Below are positions 55,101-64,000 of a stretch of DNA of 64,000 nt, piece after piece. A program made the position numbers and the translations under genes. The stretch lies in assembly GCA_963785305.1 (NCBI GenBank), contig CAWAUV010000005.1:96001-160000 (forward strand). The letters run 5' to 3'. Source of the DNA: an uncultured Planctomycetaceae bacterium (GTDB lineage Bacteria; Planctomycetota; Planctomycetia; Pirellulales; PALSA-1355). Within the stretch, counting starts at the first letter, position 1, and the number at the start of each line of letters is the position of its first letter. The notes beneath the pieces were generated by a model that had not been told where the DNA came from, ran no database searches, and saw nothing but the letters and a program-made list of their open reading frames with translations.

Positions 55101-56517
55101 CGATCCGGCGAAGGCGCCCGCGGCGGTTTGATTGATCGTGAGGCCGACCGGATTGTTGAGCACGGCGGTGTTTGTGCCCGAAGAGGCGGTCGAGAGCGTG
55201 CCACTGAGCGAGCCGATGGTCGTGGCGCCGCCGGTGTAGAGATCGAGCGTCACGGCGGTGGCAACGCCGGTGTTGACGTTGTTCAAAACAACCGGGCCGC
55301 CGGCGCCTAGCGCCGCCGCGCTGCCGGCGACCAGCGTGCCCGCGTCGACCTGGACGCCCCCGGTAAAGGTGTTGGCGCCGGTGAGCTCCATCACGCCCAG
55401 GCCGGTCTTATCGATGCCGGAGCCATTGAAGTTTTGCAAAATCGACGACACGACCAGATCATAGGTGGCCGTGCCGCGAGCGACCTGAAACCCCTCCAAA
55501 CCGGCTCCGTTGCCGTGCTGGAGCCCGATGGACTTGGCGCTGATGACCGCGGTGCTCGAACCGGGATTTTGCACGACGACCGTGGTTCCCAAGAGCGAGA
55601 AGTTGCCGCTGCCATCGCCATTGTTGCCGGCGACGCTGGTCAAAGTGCCGCCGCCATTGAACACGATATTGCCCAGCGTGGTGCGATAATTGCTCGTTCC
55701 CAGGTCGGTGAGCGTGCCGCCGCCGTTGATGGTGATCGTTCCGGTGTAGGGCAGCGAATCTTGACCGCCCGCGATCAGTGTTCCGCCCGAGTTGATCGTG
55801 ACCGAGCCGGTCCCCACGCTCGTGGCGCCGCCGCCGGTGGTCGAGATCATCGTGCCGCCACTATTGATCGTAAGCCCGCCGGTGAATGTGTTCAACGCGC
55901 CAAACGACCATGTGCCGCCATTGATCGCGAGGGCCAGCGATCCGCCCGCGCCGCCGCCGTTGGCGATCACTCCGCTCAGCATATTGGTGGCCGTGCTCGT
56001 GCCGGTGAGCGTGAGCGTCGTGGCGCTTGTGACGCTCGAGGCGAGACTCACGCCGTTGGCGATGGTCAACGCCGACGAGGAATCGTTCGTCCAAGCCTGC
56101 GCCTGTCAAACTCAGCGCCACATTCTTCGTGCCGCCGATTGTCACCGCGCCGGCGCCCGAGGCGAGATTGACGCCGTCGACCCCCAGGGTCAAGATTTCA
56201 TTGCCGGCGCCGCCCGAGAGCGCGGTCGTGCTGGGGTTGTAGAAATACAGACCGAGCGCCGTTTGATTAGCATCGAGCGTCACGGTTTCGGCGTTGCTGA
56301 TCGCCCCGGTCGCGTCGTTGAAGAACACATCGCTGGTCGCCGTGGGAACCGTGCCGAGCGACCAGTTGGTCGCCGTGTTCCAGGAACTCGAGGCCGAACT
56401 TCCCCAGTTGTCGGCCGTGCCGGTGGGCGTGGTCAACGTTTGGGCGGATGCCGTGGCCGCGATGGACCACGCAATCACGAGGCCGATGCAAGCAGATGGG
56501 GTTGGCGATCTTCGCAT
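52137..56517 (-). CDS. Large PEP-CTERM protein with autotransporter-associated beta-strand repeats; three frameshifts
   Basis: Signal peptide, repeated G.G...L.GANTYTG.T.I..GTL motifs, C-terminal AVPEPGAFALAGLGLTGLVAWWALRRR. Confidence 0.88.
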
Positions 56518-56741
56518 GGGCAATGCGTGCTTGTGGTCGAATGGACGTCGTTCGCGGTCCGTGGGGCAATGGTTCCACAATCGATACCGCCGGCGGTTGC
56601 CCGCAATAATCAGATCGACCCCGGCATTGTTGAGATTAGTTAGGCCGGAAATGATGGTCAAGCAGATTGAACCGGATTTTCCAAAGTTCGGCCGAGATTG
56701 GCGCGAATGTTTTCGACGCCCCCAAGAGTCGCGCTCGCCCA

Positions 56742-57341
56742 TCACGATTCCGGAGGCGATTCGCGAACGAGCCGGCTGATCGTTTTGAAGGCGGGCGTGC
56801 CCGCGACTCGCACCCATTCAAAGAGCGCCGCTTCGGTCGTGGTGAGCGAGGCGCCGCAGGAGTCCATCCGCCGGAGCGCCGTCTGGCAATCGAGCTCGCC
56901 GCGCGAGCCCACGGCGTCGACCGCCACGTAAACCCGAAAACCGGCCGACATGAGATCGAGCACCGTCTGCTGAATGCACACATGGGCCTCGATGCCCACG
57001 ACAAGCACCTTATGCCGCTGCTGGGCATCGAGGGCGGTAATGATTTCCTCGCACTCCGCGCAGCTAAAGGCCAGCTTCGGCAGCGGCGACGCCAACCGCG
57101 GCGCCAGTTCGGGCGTCGTCGGCCCGAGTCCGTCCGGGTATTGCTCGGTGGCAAACACCGGCACCCCCAGGGCCTCGGCCCCCTCGAGCAGGCGGCGAAT
57201 GTTCCACGCGATCGACGCCTGATTCGGCACGAGCGCGAGCAACTTGGTTTGCACATCGACCACCAGCAGCGCGGTGTCGGTGGCGTTCATCAGTTCGGGG
57301 CTACGGACTTTGGCTCGGAAGGTGGAACTTTCGGTGCTCAT
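56742..57341 (-). CDS. Isochorismatase-family hydrolase
   Basis: LLVVDVQ, TEQYPDGLGPT, GIEAHVCIQQT, VDAVGSR. Confidence 0.9.
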   Translation of the reverse strand: MSTESSTFRAKVRSPELMNATDTALLVVDVQTKLLALVPNQASIAWNIRRLLEGAEALGVPVFATEQYPDGLGPTTPELAPRLASPLPKLAFSCAECEEIITALDAQQRHKVLVVGIEAHVCIQQTVLDLMSAGFRVYVAVDAVGSRGELDCQTALRRMDSCGASLTTTEAALFEWVRVAGTPAFKTISRLVRESPPES

Positions 57342-57484
57342 GGCTCCTAGCATAGCAGGCTACCGGCTGGACCCATAGCGTCGCCCCATTGGGACCATCG
57401 ACTTCAGGCCCGCGGTATTGATCGACCCACGGGGGCGGACGGCGGACGGCTCGTTATATGTCATGGAAACACGCCGCCGGCCGC

Positions 57485-58858
57485 TCAATGCCCCGCCGCG
57501 CGGTCGGGGGCTTGCGGCGCCGCTTCGATTTCGCCGCGGAGCAGTTTGCCGCCCATGCCGGTGAGCCAGAGGTAGTGGTCGCTGGGCAGACCCTCGAAGG
57601 TGAGGAATTCGTTTTCGCCCACCGGAGGGTTATTGTCGCATTTGAAGATCGCGGTGCCTTCGTCCACTTCGTCGAACATCGCTTGGTAGAGCATCGTGGC
57701 GCCGGCGCGCTTGGCCCATACATACTGCCGCCAAAGGAATTCGCCCTTGAGCCGCGGAATGCCGTGGCCCTTCGAATCGGGGTTCATGTTCTGCCAGCTA
57801 AAACCCGGGAACAGCACCGGCATGTATTCCTTGCCATGTTCCTGGCACCACGCCAGATCGGGCTGCCAGAACCGCACCGCGTGTCGTTCGACCGTGTCCA
57901 GGCTGTAGTATCGGCCCACGGTCCAAGGACTCACGATGTCGGCCTTCAGCAGCGTGGAGTGCAGCGCGGGATCGGCGATGCAGTCGAGGTTCAGCGTCCG
58001 CCAGCCGGTGGGCACTCCGAGCATCACGGTGGCGCCGCCATATTTCGGATCGTTTTTAAGAAACTCGATCAGGGCGTCGCACTCTTCGAGCGTGTAGCGG
58101 CGGCCATCGTTGAAGCCGATACCCCATATCGCGACCACCGGCTTGCCGCGATGATGCAAATAGGCTCGGTCGCCCGGGTCGCGGCCAATTCGCATGCGGT
58201 CGACGAGGAGCTTCCAATCGTCGATCACTTGCCGGGCGCCGCCGGGGCCCAGGCCCGAGAGGTCGTACATCACGGCGTAGCACCGGCCGAATTCGTTGGC
58301 CCCGGCGCGGCAGTTGGCGAGAATCGTGTTGCAGTGCCTGAGGTCGAGCACGTTGCGCGTGCTCACGGCGAATCGTTGGATGAAGGCGCCATCGATACCG
58401 TATTGCTGCATCCAATGGAAATGGCGGGCGACCGTCTTTGGATTGTGGGAGCTAAACACCTGGGCCACGCTGCCATCGGCCCGTTGGAAGGGCGTGGGAT
58501 AGCGTTCGTCGTGGTCGAGCTCGCTCACATCGGGCCAGAGATCGATTTTGCAGCGGCCGGGTCGAAAGTCGGGCCCGGCGCCGTAGTGACCCCAGCCGCG
58601 GCCCGAGGCGTCGTAGGGAGTGGTAAACCAGCCCTGATAGCCGGCCATCACTTTGCCGGTGAGCGTCGAGCGATCGACCACATCGGCCGATGGCCCAGAG
58701 TAGGGGCGCATTTCGCGAGTTACTTCCTCGAACGTCGGATCGGCCAGAGCGGCGCCGGCGCCAGCAACGATGAGCAAGACGGCGGCCGCCTTCGCGGCCA
58801 GCGGCGCCCAGCAGCGAGCATCGGCCGGGCGAAGCCCGAATCGAAAGCGAAAACACAT
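57485..58858 (-). CDS. Exported glycoside hydrolase, GH71/GH99-like
   Basis: KVMAGYQGWF, HFHWMQQYGIDG, PGFSW, YQAMFDEVDEGTAIFK. Confidence 0.82.
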   Translation of the reverse strand: MCFRFRFGLRPADARCWAPLAAKAAAVLLIVAGAGAALADPTFEEVTREMRPYSGPSADVVDRSTLTGKVMAGYQGWFTTPYDASGRGWGHYGAGPDFRPGRCKIDLWPDVSELDHDERYPTPFQRADGSVAQVFSSHNPKTVARHFHWMQQYGIDGAFIQRFAVSTRNVLDLRHCNTILANCRAGANEFGRCYAVMYDLSGLGPGGARQVIDDWKLLVDRMRIGRDPGDRAYLHHRGKPVVAIWGIGFNDGRRYTLEECDALIEFLKNDPKYGGATVMLGVPTGWRTLNLDCIADPALHSTLLKADIVSPWTVGRYYSLDTVERHAVRFWQPDLAWCQEHGKEYMPVLFPGFSWQNMNPDSKGHGIPRLKGEFLWRQYVWAKRAGATMLYQAMFDEVDEGTAIFKCDNNPPVGENEFLTFEGLPSDHYLWLTGMGGKLLRGEIEAAPQAPDRAAGH

Positions 58859-58896
58859 GAAAAATCTCGTGGCTGGCCAGGGTGGGAGTACAAGAG

Positions 58897-58950
58897 CCTC
58901 ACCTTCCCAGCTCCCCAACGGGGAGAGGGGAGAGTTGTCGGATAGGCTCT
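58897..58950. repeat. REP/MITE-like repeat, copy 4
   Basis: CCTCACCTTCCC...CTCCCC...GGGGAGAGGGG...GGATAGGCTCT. Confidence 0.5.
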
Positions 58951-59426
58951 AAATCGGCCTAAAACATGCGCGTGGGGCGAGTGGCGTGGTTTCGGCCCGA
59001 ATCTGTATCATACTTGGAGCAGTCGCGGTTTCGATCTATTCGGAGGGATCTCGCCGACGGAATTCGCGGGTCGCCTCTTCCGCCGCTTCGTTTCGAGCCA
59101 CCCCCCTGAATGGCTGCGCGAAAAAAGGCCCCAAACTGGCCTATCCGGGACTTTCCCCTGGCTCTAAGATAAGATGCTCCGCCTTCCCGGCTGCCGACGA
59201 CCGTTGTCCGCGGTGGAAGCTGGCCGCCGCTAGCAGTGGGTTCGCCGCGGTTTCGAGGTGATCCCGCGAGCCCGGCCCCGACGGAATGTCAGGAACTTTC
59301 TCCTGGCGCCCTCCGTAATAAATGATGCTTTCGCTGGCGATGCCATTAGCTCGGGGCGGGAGCTTATCGTGACTCAAACGGATCGATGCCCTTTTTCGCG
59401 TTCGGATCTTGGTGAGGTTCTTGACC

Positions 59427-61516
59427 ATGGAACTGGCTAAACTGCGTAATATCGGTATTTCCGCCCACATCGACTCCGGCAAGACCACGCTCAGCGAGCG
59501 CATCTTGTTCTACGCCGGCCGCATTCACCGCATCAACGAGGTGAAGGGCGATGGCGACGGGGCGACCATGGACTACATGGACCTTGAGCGCGAGCGCGGC
59601 ATCACGATTACCAGCGCCGCCACCAGCGTCGAATGGAAGGGCCATCCGATCAATCTGATCGACACGCCGGGCCACGTCGATTTCACGGTCGAGGTCGAGC
59701 GCAGCTTGCGCGTGCTCGACGGCGCGGTGCTCGTGTTGTGTGGCGTGGGCGGCGTGCAAAGCCAGTCGCTCACGGTCGATCGCCAGATGAAGCGCTATCA
59801 TGTGCCGCGGTTGGCGTTTATCAATAAAATGGACCGCACCGGCGCCAATTGCGAAAAGGTCGTGAACCAAGTGCGCGACAAAATGGGCGCCGACGCGGTG
59901 CTCATGCAATGGCCGATCGGCAAGGAAGAAAATTTCGAAGGCGTGATCGATCTGATCACGATGAAAGCCTACTACTTCGACGGCGCGAAAGGCGAGACGG
60001 TGCGCGAGGAGGAAATCCCCGCCGCGCTCGTGAACGACGCCAAGGCCGCGCGGCACAAAATGCTCGACCGGTTGTCGATGTATAGCGACGAGCTGATGGA
60101 GCTGCTGCTCTCGGAAGAGCCGGCGCCCGAGGCCCTGCTGCACAATGTGATTCGCCAAGCGGTGCAGGAGCAGGACTTCACCCCGGTTTACATGGGCACC
60201 GCCTATCGGAACAAGGGCGTGCAGCTTTTGCTCGACGCGGTGACTCGCTATTTGCCCTCGCCGCTCGATCGGCCGGTGAAAGCGAAGCAGTGGGACAAGC
60301 CCGACGAAGCGTTCGCGCTTGAGCCCGATCCGACCAAGCCGTTTGTCGGCATGGCGTTCAAGATCGTGGAAGATCCGTTCGGCCAGTTGACCTTCTTGCG
60401 TATCTACCAAGGCACGATCAAGAAGGGCGAAATGTATTTCAACCAGCGCACCGATCAAAAGCAGCGATTCAGCCGCATTGTGAAGATGCACGCCGACAAG
60501 CGCGAGGAAATCGACTCGGCCTCGGCGGGCGATATCGTGGCGATCATGGGCATCGACTGCGCGAGCGGCGATACCTACGCCAGCGAGCGCGGCTATGCAC
60601 GCTGGAAAACATGTTCGTGCCCGAGCCGGTTATCAAGATGGCCGTGGCGCCGGTGGGCCGCGAGGGGGCCGACAAGCTGGGCAAGGCGCTCAATCGCTTC
60701 CGCAAGGAAGACCCGACCTTCCGAGTGATGACCGACGAAGAAACCTCGGAAACGGTGATCGCCGGCATGGGCGAATTGCATCTGGAAATCTACGTCGAAC
60801 GCATTCGCCGCGAATACGGCGTCGAGGTGGAAGTCGGCGCGCCCAAGGTCAGCTACCGCGAAGCGCCGACGAAGCCCGCCGAATACGACTTCAAACACAA
60901 GAAGCAGACCGGCGGCTCCGGCCAATATGCCCATATCAAGGGCAAGTTCGAGCCGCTTCCGGAAGACAGCGAGGAGAACTTCATCTTCGAGGATAAAGTC
61001 GTCGGCGGTCGCATTCCGCGCGAATACATTCCGAGCGTCGAGAAGGGATTCCGCGATTCGATGAACAAGGGCCCCTTGGCCGAGTTCCCGATCGTGGGCG
61101 TCAAGACCGTGCTCGAAGATGGTTCGTACCACGATGTCGATAGCTCGGACATGGCGTTTCAAACCTGTGCCCGAGGCTGCTTCCGCGAGACGTTCCTCAA
61201 GACGAAGCCGGTGCTGCTCGAGCCGATCATGAAGGTCGAGATCGAAGTGCCGACTCAGTTTCAAGGTCCCGTGGCGGGTGAGCTCAACAGTCGCCGCGGT
61301 CTGATCGTGTCGACCGAGCTCAATGGGACGGTCGCGCAAATCGAGGCCGAAGTGCCGCTGGCCGAAACCTTCGGCTACTCGACCGATCTGCGCAGCATGA
61401 CCCAGGGTCAGGGCACCTTCACGATGGAGTTTTCCAAGTACCGCAAGGTGCCGGGAAATATCCAGGAAGAGATCATCGCCGAAAAGAAGAAGCAGCAGCT
61501 TGTGGGCGCCAAGTAA
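59427..61516 (+). CDS. fusA: Elongation factor G (spdEFG1/mtEFG1-like); frameshift near 60596
   Basis: RNIGISAHIDSGKTT, DTPGHVDF, NKMD, GMGELHLEI, HKKQTGGSGQY, FGYSTDLRSMTQG. Confidence 0.95.
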
Positions 61517-61626
61517 TTGCTTCGCGCGGCGCCCGGGGCCACCTTCATGAAGAAGCAATCGTCTCTGGGCGGTCGGGATTGTCTCGCGCCGTCCGGCGAC
61601 TTTCGCTCCTAGCGTCGCATATCCCA

Positions 61627-62964
61627 TTAGCGCGGCGGCGGCGGGTAAGAGCGTCGCGCGCTGGGGCCCAGCATCGGTCCGGCGTCGTCGGCCGGAGGCG
61701 CTGCATTTCCCGTCGACGACCCGCCCGCGGCGCTGCTGGCCGCGGGAGCGTTGGGATAGATGATCGGCGTTATGCTGGCCGAGGGCGCCAAATTGTTCAC
61801 GCTCGCCGCGGATGTTCCCGGCGGCGAAGCATTGGATGGTGTCGATGGCGTTGTCTCGTCGGCCCCCACCACCGCGGTCGCGTTCGATCCGTCGCCGGCT
61901 TGCGGGGCGACTTCGGGTGAGCCCATTTCCGCCACCGAGGAGACCGTGGGCATTGCCCTAGCGGTCGGCGCGAAGGGATACGCCGCGGTCGGCGCTGTCG
62001 CCGTCAAGTTGCTCGCGGGCAAAGCGCGGCGGTCGGCCGTTTGCGCCGCCGGCGCGGCGCTGGCGTCGCCAACCGAATCGCCGGCCGAGTCGCCCGTGGG
62101 CGCAATTGCTACCGGGCTCGCGGAGCTGTTCCGACTTGCCAAAGCGCTGGCTTCGACGCCCGGATGCAGCTTGGCGACCCAAGTCCGCGCGGCCTCGAAC
62201 GACGGATCGATCGCGAGCGCGGCCTGGAACTCGGCATCGGCGGCTGCTTGTTCGCCCTTTCGCCAGAGCAGATATCCGAGATTGTAATGTCCGACGGGGG
62301 CGCCGTTGGCGGCGATAAGCTGTTCGAGCGCGGCCGAATTTTGATTCATTTCGACCAGGACCGAAGCAAGATTGTTGCGAAACAATGGTCGGTCGGGTTG
62401 AAGCTCGATCGCTTTCCGAAACGCCTTGGCCGATTCCGGCAACATGGCGCGGCGATGGTAGCAGAGCCCGAGGTCGTTGTGCAGCTTACCTTCGCGGGGA
62501 GCGATTTCAATCGCGCGTTGATACCAGGCCGTGGCGGCTTCGAGGTTGCCTTGGCGATCTTCCAAATGGCCGAGTCCCTCGACGGCCGGCAGATATTTGT
62601 CGTCGATCTGCAGGGCCTTCTTATACTGCTCGATCGCGTCGTTGAGCTTGCCATTGCGCTCGAGCATGTGGGCCATCGCCACATTCAGGTCGGGCCCGGT
62701 TTTCGTTTTCTTCGAGAGCGCGAGTGGCGCGTCGAGCACCGGATCGATCGTGCGCGGCGTCGTGGCCGCGCTTTTCGAGCTATCGGAAGAAAACCACGAG
62801 GTGACCTTGGCCATGAATGAGGGCTTGGCCGCGGGCGGCGGGGTCGAAGCAACCGGCGCGGCGCCGTTGGGCTTGGAGAGCCCCAGGCTCGAACATCCCG
62901 GCCCGAGCGCGGCCAGAGCCAGCGCGGCGCTGAGAGCCAGAAGATTTGTCGCGCGGCTTGGCAC
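61627..62964 (-). CDS. TPR-repeat lipoprotein
   Basis: Lipobox-like LGPGC, several TPRs (HNDLGLCY, HYNLGYLL), low-complexity tail. Confidence 0.82.
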   Translation of the reverse strand: MPSRATNLLALSAALALAALGPGCSSLGLSKPNGAAPVASTPPPAAKPSFMAKVTSWFSSDSSKSAATTPRTIDPVLDAPLALSKKTKTGPDLNVAMAHMLERNGKLNDAIEQYKKALQIDDKYLPAVEGLGHLEDRQGNLEAATAWYQRAIEIAPREGKLHNDLGLCYHRRAMLPESAKAFRKAIELQPDRPLFRNNLASVLVEMNQNSAALEQLIAANGAPVGHYNLGYLLWRKGEQAAADAEFQAALAIDPSFEAARTWVAKLHPGVEASALASRNSSASPVAIAPTGDSAGDSVGDASAAPAAQTADRRALPASNLTATAPTAAYPFAPTARAMPTVSSVAEMGSPEVAPQAGDGSNATAVVGADETTPSTPSNASPPGTSAASVNNLAPSASITPIIYPNAPAASSAAGGSSTGNAAPPADDAGPMLGPSARRSYPPPPR

Positions 62965-63228
62965 TGCCGGTCCTCACCCCAGGGAACTCGAGAGACGGCC
63001 TTCGGGCTACCTCGAAGGCACCCCGATGGGCGGGCCCGGCTGAAAAGCCGGCGTCGGCAAACGACCGGCCCCGCGGAATCGCGGAACATGTCGCCCTAGC
63101 GACCTTCATCGTCCCTGGAGCCGGCGCCGCTTCAGTCCAAGCGTGACGATTCTCTCGCTTCGAGCGGCTGCATGGTTTGGGTAGCTTTTCGGGGCCAGAT
63201 AATCGCTCGCGGCGCCATGCGCGGCGGA

Positions 63229-63816
63229 TTATCGGCCCGCACTGCCGCCGCCGCTGGAGATGGATCCGGCGTTCGTCGATCCGGCGGTGGTGCCGCCCTT
63301 CGAGCCGGCCGGAAGCACTGGCGCCGGCATGCTGTCGAGCGCCGAGCGGCTGATCACATCGACCTGTTCGGCCGGGCGGCCGCGCGTTTCCATGTCGGTT
63401 TCCACCAAGCTGGCCGGCGCGTTTTGCACAAGCTGGGCGTATTTCTGGACCGCCTCGACCCGGGCAAGCGTCTCTTGCGGATCGCCGGCTTTTTGCAAAT
63501 AGACCAAGCGATGCTGCGCCGGCGCCTGGGTCAGAATCCACTTCAGCCGAATCTCGCCGGCGGGAGTGAGCTTTTCGCCATTGGGCGTGAAATGATATTC
63601 GCAAAGCAGGTTTTGCGTGCGCCAGCCGTTTTCGGTCATGGCGGCGAAGTGCGCGGAGACCGATGCCCGGTCTTGCTGAATATAGGGCGAGGGCCAATCC
63701 AGATTGAGGCTGAAGATGCGTTTGCACTTGCCCCAAAATTCGCCCGCCAGCATTGATTGCGGCGTCGCGACGCAAACGCTCATCGCCACCATGCCGCCGA
63801 GAACGAAGCGTCGCAT
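63229..63816 (-). CDS. Exported hypothetical protein
   Basis: Hydrophobic N-terminus, WPSPY...NGWRTQNLL; co-oriented with the TPR gene. Confidence 0.7.
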   Translation of the reverse strand: MRRFVLGGMVAMSVCVATPQSMLAGEFWGKCKRIFSLNLDWPSPYIQQDRASVSAHFAAMTENGWRTQNLLCEYHFTPNGEKLTPAGEIRLKWILTQAPAQHRLVYLQKAGDPQETLARVEAVQKYAQLVQNAPASLVETDMETRGRPAEQVDVISRSALDSMPAPVLPAGSKGGTTAGSTNAGSISSGGGSAGR

Positions 63817-64000
63817 TCCCTTGCTCCTGATTCGCCCGAGGTGCTCGTGTGCGCGCGGCGCGGCTTCGCGCGGTGTCCGAAAAATTTATCGGCGCAAAAG
63901 CGTCGCGGCTATCGCGCGAGTCGGCGCCAGCGGAGCAATCGGCACAACCGGACTATTTTGACCCGGTCATCATCGGGAACATTTCGCGCACGATCGTGAT

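Noticed and set aside
60590..60612. Programmed frameshift or pseudogene in fusA (also pcrA, sthA, aroB)
   Set aside because: No slippery heptamer at the sites examined, one base restores conserved sequence, and the same pattern recurs window-wide, so sequencing error is the simpler explanation.

Overview
GC-rich bacterial chromosome segment, most likely a planctomycete (DUF1559 pilin-like gene, PEP-CTERM proteins, PVC-type heme-binding CxxCH protein, mitochondrial-type EF-G). It is mostly housekeeping and cell-envelope genes: sialidase, cysteine desulfurase, EmrAB-type pump, rplM-rpsI, PcrA/UvrD, surE, a FixLJ-like pair, aroB, a Ser/Thr kinase, clpX, sthA and fusA. At least 14 genes are split by apparent small indels that look like sequencing or assembly errors, not biology. 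Two loci stand out. (1) A 4,726-bp IS1-family cargo element (44701-49426) with perfect 25-bp terminal inverted repeats and an 8-bp target duplication. Besides the transposase it carries a winged-HTH gene, an array of ACCGAC boxes, a structured region with two strong-SD minigenes, and a 65-nt D-armless tRNA-like element with alanine identity (G3:U70, A73) and UAU at the centre of its anticodon-like loop. (2) Next to it, a probable metal-responsive operon: a Cys/His-rich PPPR leader-like gene, a DUF1559 gene, and one ORF encoding two complete signal-peptide/PEP-CTERM proteins in tandem. Functional interpretations are inferences from sequence only.
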